Below are positions 50,618 to 63,590 of a DNA stretch of 64,000 nt, piece by piece. Under the pieces are notes generated by a model. It was given only the letters and a program-made list of their open reading frames with translations, did not search any database and had not been told where the DNA came from. The stretch is from Malacoraja senta (lineage: Eukaryota): NCBI GenBank assembly GCA_038087875.1, contig JAXLNO010004250.1:62001-126000 (forward strand), given 5' to 3'. Position 1 is the first letter of the stretch. Each line of letters begins with the position of its first letter. Both the position numbers and the translations under genes were made by a program.

Positions 50618-51992
50618 CTGGAAGGAGAAACCAGTGTTACATTTGAACAATGAGCATCAGAGACAATGACTATCAGAGTCAGAGGTCAATCCAAACAAGG
50701 CTGGAAATAAGTGCAGAACAATGAGGGAAGTTCCGCGCGGGTCAGGCAGCTGCAGAGAGGAACAGCATTCCTGGTTCAGGTTGACAGGGTCTCATCAGGC
50801 CTGGACAATGTCAGATGGTGACAGGTGTGAGACAAGCGTAGCGGCAAATAAAGGCGGTAAAACAAATGTTGTGTAACATGTGAAGGGCAGGAGAGGAGAA
50901 TGACGAGGAACGGATCAGGTGAATAATACACTGAGGGTCCGGGGACGTTTCAATGATTCACCCACGACCAACAGTTGCTGTAGGAAAATGTGAACATGGT
51001 GATCATTGTGTGAAACGGTTGAGGACAATGTTGAATGTGGAAGGCTGCGAGAGGCCGGATTCAAAGGCGGGCGGTTCCCCAGCTGCTGCTCAGCCTCATT
51101 AGATCAGAGTAGGAGAGCGGGGGAGATCTCACACTGGGACGGGACACGCAATGAAAGTGACAAGTGAGCGAAACCTCAGGTTGACAACGGGGAACTGAAC
51201 AGAGATGTTCATCCAAGTGATCACCTCATCTGTGATCCGTCTCTCCACAGTGGAGATCAAATACAGGAAACAGAGACAAGTCCAAGTGACTGTGTCCGGT
51301 TAAATCTCCTCCCACGGCACCGTCTCATGCACACACAGATGTCACATCTGCCCATTTACCCCATTATCCCCACCTCCTGGGACACTGATACTCTCTCCAG
51401 AGGCAACAGTTACCGCTGGAAGGTCGAAGTCCTGCGGAGAGTGCTTTGGTGTTCCACCTTTTCCGGCTGCAGGCCCTGTGGACGGTAAGATCGGGAGCTC
51501 GCTGGTCCCTGGTGGGAGACCGCTTTTCGGAGCTCCCGCAACGGCAAATTTCGCCTGCCCAAATCGAGGGGTTTAAATCGACCCGGAGCCGGGCCTTACA
51601 TCGCCCGGCACGGCTTAAACTACCGCGGGACTTACCATCGCCCGCCGGGGGCTCTAACATCTAACATGTAGAGCCTCGATCAGCTCGATGCAGCAGTTTG
51701 ACTGCTTGACTACGGGAGAAGAATAAGAACAGAGAATAGGGAAGAGATAAGGACTTTTGCCTTCCATCACAGTGAGGAGGTGTTTGGGGATTCACTGTGA
51801 TGGATGTTTATGTGGAATTGTGTTAATTGTGTGGGTTTTTTTTGTTGTTGTTATGACTGCAAGAACGTAATTTTGTTTGAAACTTTGTATAAATGACAAT
51901 AAACGGCATTCTGATTCTGAAGTTACAGTGGGAATCTGGGAGAACCCCACCCGGATTTCCTGACCTGCATCTTCCGCTGTTGTTTAATGTAC

Positions 51993-52112
51993 CTTTAATG
52001 CTTCTGCTTTGTTTCACGTTCCAATAAAACACAGCACCGTGGGCGGCAACAAGAAGATAAATGGTGAGGACCAGCGGCAGGACCCAGTCAAGAACTCCAG
52101 GGAAGATATAAT
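51993..52112 (-). CDS. Transmembrane exon of the BTN-like gene ((D)YIFPGVLDWVLPLVLTIYLLVAAHGAVFYWNVKQSRSIK)
   Basis: ctctgcag| acceptor, |gtacat donor, 120 nt, phase 1-1. Hydrophobic stretch followed by basic residues. Confidence 0.82.
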
Positions 52113-52123
52113 CTGCAGAGTCA

Positions 52124-52310
52124 NNNNNNNNNNNNNNNNNNNNNNNNNNNNNNNNNNNNNNNNNNNNNNNNNNNNNNNNNNNNNNNNNNNNNNNNNNNNN
52201 NNNNNNNNNNNNNNNNNNNNNNNNNNNNNNNNNNNNNNNNNNNNNNNNNNNNNNNNNNNNNNNNNNNNNNNNNNNNNNNNNNNNNNNNNNNNNNNNNNNN
52301 NNNNNNNNNN
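52124..52310. other. Assembly gap (187 N), 11 bp from the TM exon
   Basis: Run of N. Confidence 1.
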
Positions 52311-53319
52311 TCAGTATATATCGGTATATATATCAGTATATATCGGTATACATGTCAGTATATAACTCACTATATATACTGTATCAGCACATATACATAT
52401 ATATAACTGCAGGTGCTGGTTTAGATTGAAGGGAGACACAAAATGCTGGAGTAACTCTTCAGAACAGACCGAAGTCTGAAGGAGGGTCTCGACTCGAAAC
52501 GTCGCCCATTCCTTCTCGCCAGAGATACTGCCTCGCATTTTATTCCAGCATTTTTTGTCTGTATATATATACTGATATGTAAACCGGTATCTAACTGTCC
52601 CTCTCTCTCTATATATATATATATATCCGTATATATTTGTATATTGGTATATATCCTGCCGTGATATTTGTAAGGGTTTACTGGAAGATCCAGCAATGGC
52701 AGCGCTTGGGTTTGCTAAAGGCCTGTTGGAGCTAATGGAGGCTTGAGAACTTCTCCCCTGCCACTGATGTTTAGGTTGTAGCTGCCTGAGAAAAGGCACG
52801 AGTTCCAACGTTGGCACTGAGCAACAAAATTACATTTAATCTAAGAAAAAGGCTGGGATGGGTTTTTAGGACGGGTGCAACGAACCAACCACTTGTTCTA
52901 GATGTTGCCCCAATATGGTCCATGCCGGACAACGCCACAGATTGTTGGTCTTCCCTTCGATGGGATGGCAGCAGTGGTTTACAATGTGGTGCATCCCGAC
53001 ACGCACATGTGGAACCTTCCTCTCTCAGCGGGCAGAGCATGGATGTTTAAAGTGACGGGCAATTAGATATTCATGGGTTACCCTGATAGACTTAGACAGA
53101 AAACCTTCAATTTGGACTAGTCGTGAAAAGACAACGTTGGAGGTAAACGCTTCTGTTTAAACCGCATCCCCACAACTATTCAGATCAAAGCTTCATCTAC
53201 ATACTCTGTCATGTGATTCACTCAAACCCTGGTCTCAGGGTGATTCAAGTGAAGCCCAACCCAATGGAACTGATTGCTCTCTCCCCTCCACTGGGAGAGG
53301 AGATAATTTTCCAATGTTC

Positions 53320-54770
53320 TATAGACTCAGGATCAGTTCCTGTAGATTGGAGGGTAGCTAATGTTATCCCACTTTTCAAGAAAGGCGGGAGAGAGAAAAC
53401 AGAGAATTATGGACCAGTTAGCCTGACATCGGTGGTGGGGAAGATGCTGGAGTCAATTATAAAAGATGAGATAGCCGCACATTTGGATAGCAGTAACAGG
53501 ATCGGTCCGAGTCGGCATGGATTTACGAAGGGGAAATCATGCTTGACTAATCTTCTGGAATTTTTGAAGATGTAACTAGGAAAATGGACAAGGGAGAGCC
53601 AGTGGAAGTAGTGTACCTGAACTTTCAGAATGCATTTTATAAGGTCCCACATAGGAGATTAGTGGGCAAAATTAGGGCACATGGTATTGGGGGTAGAGTG
53701 CTGACATGGATAGAGAAGTGGTTGGCAGACAGGAAACAAAGAGTAGGGATTAATGGATTCCTTTCAGAATGGCAGGCAGTGACTAGTGGGGTACTGCAAG
53801 GCTCGGTGATGGGACCGCAGCTATTTACAATATATATCAATGATATGGATGAAGGGATTCAAAGTAACATTAGCAAATTTGCAGATGACACAAAGCTGGG
53901 TGGCAGTGTGAACTGTGAGGAGGATGCTATGAGAATGCAGGGTGACTTGGACAGGATGGGGGAGTGGGCAGATGCATGGCAGATGAAGTTTAATGCGGAT
54001 AAATGTGAGGTTATCTACTTTGGTAGCAAAAACAGGAAGGCAGATTACTATCTAAATGGCGTCAAGTTGGGAAAAAGGGAAGTACAACGGGATCTAGGGG
54101 GTCCTTGTACATCAATCTATGAAAGTACGCATGCAGGTATAGCAGGCAGTGAAGAAAGCGAATGGCATGTTGGCCTTTAAAACAAGAGGAATCGAATATA
54201 GCAACAAAGGGGTCCTTCATCAGTTGTACAGAGCCCTAGTGAGACCAACCCTGGTGTATTGTGTGCAGTTTTGGTCCCCTAATTTGAGGAAGGACATTCT
54301 TGCTATTGAGGGAGTGCAGCATAGGTTTACAAGGTTAATTCCCGGGATGGCGGGACTGTCATATGGTGAGAGAATGGAGCAGCTGGGCTTGTACACTCTG
54401 GAGTTTAGAAGGATGAGAGGGTATCTCATTGAAACATATAAGATTGTTAAGGGCTTGGACACACAAGAGGCAGGAAACATGTTCCCGGTGTTGGGGGAGT
54501 CCAGAACCAGGGGCCACAGTTTAAGAATAAGGAGTAAGCCATTTAGAACGGAGACGAGGAAACACTTTTTCTCACAGAGAGTGGTGAGTCTGTGGAATTC
54601 TCTGCCTCAGAGGGCGGTGGAGGCAGGTTCTCTGGATGCTTTCAAGAGAGAGCTAGATAGGGCTTAAAAATAGCGGAGTCAGGGGATATGGTGAGAAGGC
54701 AGGAACGGGGTACTGATTGGGTATGATCAGCCATGATCACATTGAATTGCGGTGCTGGCTCGAAGGCTGC
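53320..54770 (+). mobile_element. CR1 family C, 5'-truncated, frameshifted RT
   Basis: ORFs 53213-53575, 53584-54180 (KFADDTK) and 54149-54667. Confidence 0.92.
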
Positions 54771-55029
54771 CCTCAAGCTGAAAGGGGTTCAGAAAAGATT
54801 CACAAGGAGCCAAGGAAGCTTTGGGATGACCTGAACATTTCATATGCTTCCTTTATTTCCCTTTTGACCAAATTTGCAACATGTCTTGTCATCCAAGTTC
54901 TCAGATGTATCCATCCTTGTCTTTCTTCCTCACAATGACATGTTGCTCCTGCATTCTGATTACTGGTCTTTAACAACCCCCATTAGCCTGATATTGACTT
55001 CTCCAAATCTACTCTCCACAACTCCAGCC

Positions 55030-55190
55030 TGATACTGAAGAAGGGTCTCGACCCGAAACGTCACCCATTCCCTCTCCAGAGATGCTGCCTGACCCGCTGA
55101 GTTACTCCAGCACTCCGTGAAACGTCACCCATTCCTTCTCTCCAGAGATGCTGCCTGACCCGCTGAGTTACTCCAACATTTTGTGTCCAG
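55030..55190 (+). mobile_element. Penelope-like terminal fragment with a minimal hammerhead-like core at 55035-55062
   Basis: CTGAAGA-A-GGGT-CTCG-ACCC-GAAAC-GTC, followed by two units related to the 66-bp repeat. Confidence 0.65.
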
Positions 55191-55949
55191 CCTGTTACTG
55201 TTGAAAATTGCCTTTTCCTAATTAAGCATTATTGAGGTCGTCTTATCACTTCCACAACTTGCTGAACATTTATTGAATTGTGATCATTGTTGTCAACATG
55301 CTCTCCCTTTGAAACTCCACCTGGCTGCGCTCATTTCCCAAATCAATGTCCATTATAGTCCAATCCAGGGTTGGATTAACTGCATAATGTGTCAGAAAAC
55401 CCTCCTGGATGCAGTCAAATGCTGCCACATCTAAACCCTTGCCCCTAGGGCACTCACGGTGAATATTGGGGAAATTAATCCTCTACAACCAATCTGTTGT
55501 TTTTACATATTTCCACAATCTACCCACATACCTGTCTTTAACGAGTCCTACGCTGTAACCTCATCATCCTACTGCACGTTTCTTATTCCTGACTTCCTCC
55601 CATATTGCCTCAGTAGACGAACCCTCCAGGATGTCCTCATTAAGAAATTCAGTGACATTCTTCCTGATCAGTAAAGAAACACACAACCTCTTTTACATCT
55701 CTCTCTATCATGTCTGAAAATCTGAAACCTGGAATGATGAATTGCAGTCCTGCCCTTTTCTCCACCAAGTCTCGAACAAGTTTCTGTCATGGCCACAATC
55801 TCATGGTTCATGCACCAAGTTCATCTGCTTTACTATAATATGCCTTTAACAAAATAAATAAACCAGCATTTCAGCCCCGCCGTGTTCATTAACTTGGCCC
55901 TGCCCGACCTTAGTTCCAGACTTACTTCACCCAACCTCCACATTCCTCA

Positions 55950-58445
55950 CAGTCCCTCCTCTTGCTGATCTGTTGTTCACTCCCCACCCCCTGTCACGCA
56001 GGATTAATCCCAAGCAACACCAGTAAACCTCCTCACAAGACGACTCCTTCACCCAGGAATCAACCGAGGGGATATTCATCGTGCCAACTCCATGGCGAGT
56101 ACACGTTTCCTTCAGTAAGCAGACAAAGACTGTACACTGTGCCCCAGGTGAGGTCTCACCAACGTCCTGTACAACTGTGATGAGGCTTCCCAACATGACA
56201 CTGGACAAAGTCTACACTAACATGGCTGAAGCTTACAAAGCCGTCCCCCTCCCCCACCTTGAACAGTCTGATCACCTCTCATTGTTCCTGCTCCCAAAGT
56301 ACTCCCCTCATCAGGCGGGTTAAACCCACTGTGAGGACAGTTAAAGTCTGGTCAGAGGAGGTGGACTCCACACTTCAGCAGTGTTTTGGAAACACTGACT
56401 GGAAGGCGTTTGTAGCCCAGGCCACCCTTGACTCCCACACGGACATTGACTCCTATACATCCTCTGTTCTGGACTTTATAAACTCCACCATCAACAGTGT
56501 CACCTCCCTCAAACGGGTGACCATATTCCCGAATCAGAAGCCATGGATGAACAGCGAGGTCAGGCTACTGCTGAAAGCACGGGACACCGCTTTCAGGTCA
56601 GGCGATGCACGAGCCTACAGTTCATCCAGGGCTAACCTGAAGAGGGGCATCAAGAAGGCCAAGACTGCCATAAGCTCAGGATTGAGGAGCATTTCAAAAA
56701 CAACTCCGACCCCCGACGCATGTGGCAAGGCATCCAGGCCATCAGAGACTTTAGACCCACCAACACCACCCCCACATCCAGCAACGCCTCCTTCCTTGAG
56801 GAGCTTAACCACTTCTATGGCCGCTTTGACAGGGACAATCTAGAGATCGCCATCAAGGCGTTGCTCCCTGCCAATCACCCGCCCCTCACACTCACCCCCT
56901 ACGACGTGTACGTGGCACTGAGTTGGACTACTGCACGTACGGCTGCTGGCCCTGACGGCATCCCCGGGCGCGTCCTCAGGGCCTGTGCTGCGCAGCTGAC
57001 AGACATCTGGACTGACATCTTCAACCTGTCACTTGCCCAAGCAGTTGTGCCCACGTGCCTTAAAACCACCTCCATCGTGCCGGTGCCAAAACACTCCACT
57101 GCGCCGAGGCTCAACGACTTCCGCTCAGTTGCACTTACTCCCATCATCACCAAGTGCTTCGAGAGGCTGGTCCTGGCACACCTCAAAGGCTGCCTACCCC
57201 CCACATTGGATCCCTATTAGTTTGCCTACCGCAAGAACAGGAGTACGGAGGATGCCATCTCAACGGCACTTCACTCCGCCCTCTCCCACCTCGACAACAG
57301 AGACACTTATGTAAGAATGCTGTTCATCGATTACAGCTCAGCATTCAACACCATCATACCCTCTAAACTGATCACCAAACTCGGTGACCTGGGCATCGAC
57401 CCCTCCCTCTGCAACTGGATACTGGACTTTCTAACCAACAGACCCCAGTTTGTTAGGTTAGACAAGCACACCTCTTCAACCCTCACCCTGAACACCGGCG
57501 TTCCACAGGGCTGTGTGCTGAGCCCCTCCTCTACTCCCTCTTCACCTACGACTGCACACCTGTACATGGTACTAACACCATCATCAAGTATGCAGATGAT
57601 ACAACGGTGATTGGCCTCATCAGCAACAACGATGAGTCGGCCCATAGGGAGGAGGTCCAGCTCCTAGCAGCATGGTGCGCTGACAACAAACTGGCCCTTA
57701 ACTCCAAAAAGACCAAGGAGCTCATTGTAGACTTCAGGAAGTCTAGGGGCGGCACGCACACCCCCATCCACATTAACGGGACGGAGGTGGAACGTGTTTC
57801 CAGCTTCAGGTTCCTGGGGATCAACATCTCCGATGACCTCTCTTGGACCCACAATACCTCTACTCTGGTCAAGAAGGCTCACCAGCGTCTCTTCTTCCTG
57901 AGGAGACTAAAGAAGGTCAATCTGTCTCCTCAGATTCTGGTGAACTTCTACCGCTACACCATCGAGAGCATCCTTACCAACTGTATCACAGTATGGTATG
58001 GCAACTGCTCTGTCTCCGACCGGAAAGCACTGCAGAGGGTGGTGAAAATTGCCCAATGCATCACCGGTTCCTCACTCCCCTCCATTGAGTCTGTCCAAAG
58101 CAAGCGTTGTCTGCGAAGGGCGCTCAGCATCGCCAAGGACTGCTCTCACCCCAACCACAGACTGTTTACCCTCCTACCATCCGGGAGGCGCTACAGGTCT
58201 CTCCGTTGCCGGACCAGCAGGTCCAGGAACAGCTTCTTCCCTGCGGCTGTTACACTATTCAACACTGTACCTTGGTGACTGCCAATCACTGCCCCCCGCC
58301 CCCCACCACCCCGACACTCCTCCCACCAGGATTTATTAGATTTATGTACTGCTCATATTTATGTCGCTCTTCTAGGGAGATGCTAACTGCATTTCGTTGT
58401 CTCTGTACTGTACACTGCACAATGACAATAAAGTTGAATCTGAAT
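55950..58445 (+). mobile_element. Rex1/Babar-type LINE (APE remnant, RT, 3' UTR), degenerate
   Basis: SDHLSLFLLP, AAGPDGIPG, FIDYSSAFNT, GVPQGCVLSP, KYADD. Tail caataaagttgaatctgaat. Confidence 0.92.
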
Positions 58446-58809
58446 CCATTCTCCATTCCCCTCAATTAAAAACTCTGGGACAGTTGTGATGGAACTCCGG
58501 TGAAACACATTACCATGGCTGCCCTCCATTTACTCAAGTTACTTCTCAATATAAACATTGCAACAGCATGTTCTTAATTATAGACAATAAACAATAGGTG
58601 CAGAAATAGGCCACTAGGACAGGGATGAAGGTTCTACTGAAGGAGACGTCATGGTCCGATTACAAAGCAGAACCGTGAAAGAAATGGTGTGTGGATGACT
58701 ACCCAAGACCTGTGTAAATTGGCACCGGGCGAATTAGGTCATGTAGTTACCATATGTGTCCACAATAATTGTGGGAGAAATGGGTTCCAATTCCTGAGAT
58801 GGAAGTCAA

Positions 58810-59985
58810 TAGACAATAGGTGCAGGAGTAGGTCATTCGGCCCTTCGACCCAGCATCGCCATTCAATGTGATCATGGCTAATCATCCACAATCGGTACCC
58901 CGTTGCTGCCTTCTCCCCATATCCCTTGACTCCGCTATCTTTCAGAGACCTATCAAGCTCTCTCTTGAAAGTATCCAGAGAACCGGCCTCCACCGTCCTC
59001 TGAGACAGAATTCCACAGACTCACAACTCTCTGGGTGAAAACGTTTCTCCTCATCTCCGTTCTAAATAGCTTACCCCTTATTCTTAAACTGTGGCCTCTG
59101 GTTCTGGACTCCCCCAACATCGGGAACATGTTTCCTGCCTCTAGCGTGTCCAAACCCTTAATAATCTTATATGTTTCAATAAGATCTCCTCTCAACCTTC
59201 TAAACTCGAGTATACAAGCCCAGCCGCTCCATTCTCTCAGCATATGACAGTCCTGCCATCCCGGGAATTAACCTTGTGAACCTACGCTGCACTCCCTCAA
59301 TAGCAGGAATGTCTTTCCTCAAATTAGGGTACCAAAACTGCACACTATACTCCAGGTGTGGTCTCACTAGGGCACTATACACTTGCAGAAGGACCTCTTT
59401 GCTCCTATGCTCAACTCCTCTTCTTATTAAGGCCAACATGCCATTCGCTTTCTTCACTGTCTGCTGTGCCTGCATGCTTACTTTCATTAACTAATGAACA
59501 AGGACCCCCAAATCCGCTTGTACTTCCTCTTTTCCCAACTTGACACCATTAGATAATAATCTGCCTTCCTGTTTTTGCTACCAAAGTGGATAACCTCACA
59601 TTTATCCACATTAAACTGCATCTGCCATGCATTTGCCCACTCACCCAACCTGTCCAAGCCACCCTGCATTCTCATAGCATCCTCCTCACAGTTCACCCTA
59701 CCACACAGCTTTGTGTCATCTGCAAATTTGCAAATGTTACTTTGAATCCCTTCATCAAAATCATTGATGTATATTGTAAATAGCTGCGGTCCCACCACCG
59801 AGCCTTGCGGTACCCCACTAGTCACTGCCTGCCATTCTGAAAGGGACCCGTTAATCCCTACTCTTTGTTTCCTGTCTGCCAACCAATTTTCTATCCATGT
59901 AGAGCACGCTACCCCAATACCATGTGCCCACATTTTGCCCACTAATCTCCTGTGGGACATTATCAAATGCTTTCTGAAAACATTG
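58810..59985 (-). mobile_element. CR1 family C, 5'-truncated
   Basis: ORFs 59487-59966 (KFADDTK), 59200-59487 and 58953-59243. Confidence 0.9.
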
Positions 59986-60245
59986 TTGATTGAACGCCCT
60001 TAACAAACTGTTATTTTTACATTTATCGTCAACTGTCGGTGTTTTGCACATGCACTCCACTGCTGTGTAACCAGCCACTATCACTGGATACAATATCCTG
60101 ATCCTGAGGAATTCACTGTCTCACCCCTGGGAGCAGAGAAAGTGTAAGACTCTTGAAATATTGTGAATATTGTGCCAACGGTACAGCAATTCTATCTTTA
60201 AACCATGAGAAGCGATTTATAAAGACAATCGCATTTCTTTAACGT

Positions 60246-61490
60246 TAATACATAGATACATAGATACATAGAAAATAGGTGCAGGAGTAGGCCATTCGGC
60301 CCTTCGAGCCTGCACCGCCATTCAATACGATCATGGCTGATCATCCAACTCAGTATCCCGTACCTGCCTTCTCTCCATACCCCCTGATCCCTTTAGCCAC
60401 AAGGGCCACATCTAATTCCCTCTTAAATATAGCCAATGAACTGGCCTCAACTACCCTCTGTGGCAGAGAGTTCCAGAGATTCACCACTCTCTGTGTGAAA
60501 AAGTTTTTCCTCATCTCGGTCTTAAAGGATTTCCCCCTTATCCTTAAGCTGTGACCCCTTGTCCTGGACTTCCCCAACATCGGGAACAATCTTCCTGCAT
60601 CTAGCCTGTCCAACCCCATAAGAATTTTGTACGCTTCTATAACATCCCCTCTCAATCTCCTAAATTCTAGCGCGTATAAGCCAAGTCTATCCAGTCTTTC
60701 TTCATATGAAAGTCCTGACATCCCAGGAATCAGTCTGGTGAACCTTCTCTGCACTCCCTCTATGGCTATAATGTCCTTCCTCAGATTTGGAGACCAAAAC
60801 TGTACGCAATACTCCAGGTGTGGTCTCACCAAGACCCTGTACAACTGCAGTAGAACCTCCCTGCTCCTATACTCAAATCCTCTTGCTATGAAGGCCAACA
60901 TACCATTCGCTTTCTTCACTGCCTGCTGCACCTGCATGCCTACTTTCAATGACTGGTGTACCATGACACCCAGGTCTCGCTGCATCTCCCCATTTCCTAA
61001 TCGGCCACCATTTAGATAATAGTCTGCCTTCCCGTTTTTGCTACCAAAGTGGATAACCTCACATTTATCCACATTATACTGCATCTGCCAAACATTTGCC
61101 CACTCACCCAGCCTATCCAAGTCACCTTGCAGTCTCCTAGCATCCTCCTCACAGCTAACACTGCCCCCCAGCTTAGTGTCATCCGCAAACTTGGAGATGT
61201 TGCTTTCAATTCCCTCGTCCAGATCATTAATATAAATTGTAAATAGCTGGGGTCCCAGCACTGAGCCTTGCGGTACCCCACTAGTCACTGCCTGCCATTG
61301 TGAAAAGGACCCGTTTACTCCTACTCTTTGCTTCCTGTTTGCCAGCCAGTTCTCTATCCACATCAATACTGAACCCCCAATACCGTGTGATTTAAGTTTG
61401 TATCCTAATCTCTTATGTGGTACCTTGTCGAAAGCCTTCTGAAAGTCCAGATACAACACATCCACTGGTTCTCCCCTATCCACTCTACTA
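60246..61490 (-). mobile_element. Young CR1 family A, 5'-truncated, RT region open
   Basis: Uninterrupted 377-aa ORF 60350-61483. Tail tacatagatacatagatacatag. Confidence 0.95.
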
Positions 61491-61517
61491 ATAATAGCAA
61501 TGATTTTACTTACTCAC

Positions 61518-61865
61518 CTCGAACTTGTAGCTGAGCTGGAGATGTTTCATACTCGGTTCCCTCTGTAACTGAACATGTATATTCCCCTTCATCAAACCTT
61601 CTTACATTCTTTATTCTGAGAGAAATGTTCCCTTTGGTCACTTCATCTTTAAACAGTTCGGCCCTTGCTCTGTAATCCTGGTGTTGAGCGAGGGCGTCAT
61701 TTTGTTGCTGTCTGTACACGAGGACTGGCGAGGTGAGACCTGACTTCCTCCACTGCACGACCATGTTGCTGGTCAATATATCTGGGACAAGCTGACATTC
61801 CAACACCACATCTGAACCTACAGTGGCTACAAAACCATTGCCCGGTACAATTACGACAAATTCAG
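61518..61865 (-). CDS. IgV exon of the butyrophilin-like gene ((A)EFVVIVPGNGFVATVGSDVVLEC...WRK...ELFKDEVTKGNISLRIKNVRRFDEGEYTC...LQVR)
   Basis: ttgacccgcag| acceptor, |gtgagt donor, 348 nt, phase 1-1. B- and F-strand Cys, C-strand Trp, D.G.Y.C motif, and the BTN/MOG-type ELF...GN.SL.I motif. Confidence 0.93.
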
Positions 61866-61999
61866 CTGCGGGTCAATTCAAATCAGTGAAAACACGATTA
61901 TTTAAGGAATCAATACAGAAAAATAGAAAACAAAATTAATGTTAGTAAAGTTTGCATCGTTCTGTACGCACAAAGACCAATCGCATTTATTTCATGAGG

Positions 62000-62730
62000 G
62001 CTAGAATACAAAAACAGGAATGTAATGCTGAGGCTCTATAAGGCGCAGGTCTGGCCGTATTTGGAGTATTGTGATGTTTCCACTAGTGGGAGAGTCTACG
62101 ACTCGAGGTCATAGCTTCAGAATTAAAGGACATTCATTTAGGAGGGGGTTGAGGATGGATTTCTTAAGCAGAGGGTGGTGAATGTGTGGAATTCATTGCC
62201 ACAGACGGTTCTGGAGGTCAAGTCAATAGATATTTTTCAGACATAGATTCTTGATTAGTACGGGTGTCAGGGGTAATGGGAAGAAGGCAGGAGAATGATC
62301 TGATATAGCCGAGGATATTGTGGGAAACTCGAGAGGAAATTGCGGGAGCCCCGATTGTAATTTACGAGTCGTTCATAAAAACAGGAGAGGAGCCGGAAGA
62401 CGGGAGGATGGCAAACGTTGTACCTCTTTTCAAGAAGGGCTGCAGATAAAATGCTGGGAACTATAGGCCGGTGAGCTTAACATCTGGGTTAGGATATACA
62501 AGCATTTGGATGGGCAAGGGCTGATTGGGGATAGTTAGCACGGTTTTGTACATGAGAGCTCGTCTCACAAATCTGGTTGACTTTTTTGAAGACGTGACCA
62601 GACAGGTTGATGAAGGCAGAGCTCTAGATGTTGTGTACATGGACTTCAATAAGGCGTTCGAGAAGGTTCTGCATGGTAGGCTGCTCTGGAAGGTTAGATC
62701 GCATGGGATCCAAGGAGAGATAGCTGAATA
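62000..62730 (+). mobile_element. Old CR1/L2 fragments
   Basis: Degenerate RTRGH, NYRPVSL and YMDFNKAF motifs. Confidence 0.75.
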
Positions 62731-63069
62731 GATATCAAATTTTATAGATTTAATTAATTGAAAAGATTTAAGAGGAATCCGAGAGGCAACGTTTCCACAC
62801 AAAGGGTGCTGGGTGTATGGAACAAGCTGCCAGAGGAGATTGTTGAGGCTGGGACTACCCCATCGTTTAACACGTACATGGATAGGACAGGTTTAGAGGG
62901 ATATGGACCAAGCGCAGGCAGGTGAGACGAGTGCCGCGGGGAAATTGTTGGCCGGTGTGGGCGAGTTGGGCCAAAGGGCCTGTTTCCACACTGTATTACT
63001 CTATGACTCTAATGGGGTTAGGGAGGTAGAGATAGATCAGCCTGTTTCCACACTGTATCACTCTATGAC

Positions 63070-63590
63070 TCCAACATCGGGAGGCTCGTGGCTCCAAATC
63101 GGTGCGGCCCTGTCGGCTTCAGGTGCCATCGACTCCGCTGGGAAACCGGCCGTTCCAGCCGCTGCGAGGACTCTCCCGACGGCCAGGAACATCGGGCCTC
63201 CGTAGAGGCAACTGTGGAGGCCTCACTGGGCCTGACTCTGGGGAGAACTGGGTTCGGGACTGGACATTGTGCCTTCCCCCACAGTGGTGGTCATTGTGGG
63301 GGGATGATTTTTGTGTGCTGTGCCTGTTAGTCTGTGTGCAAGATGGCGGTCGGAGGGGAGAGTGCACGCTGGCGCGAATTGGTCGCCGCTGCTCTCTCCT
63401 CAAATTGTGATTCTTATTTTCTTTTTGTGCTTTTGAAATTGAATTCTGTCCTTGATTTGTGTACTGTGGTGTTTTTATATTTAATTTATTCCGATTATGT
63501 GTTTTGTATTTTTGTGATTCTATGCCTTGTAAGGTGTCCTTGGGTTTTAGAAAGGCGCCAGTAAATAAAATGAATTATTATTATTATTAT
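63070..63590 (+). mobile_element. Retroposon-like 3' UTR insertion, absent from the paralogous segment near 2790
   Basis: Ends in taaataaaatgaa(ttat)n. The paralogue is contiguous across this point. Confidence 0.6.

Noticed and set aside
52650-53300. ORFs 52771-53040 and 52811-53050 in non-repetitive-looking DNA
   Set aside because: No recognisable domain or splice pair. Probably old repeat or intron.
59990-60130. Candidate IgC exon (good acceptor ctctgctcccag, SGW triplet)
   Set aside because: All three frames hit a stop within about 16 codons of the acceptor and no IgC cysteine spacing is present.
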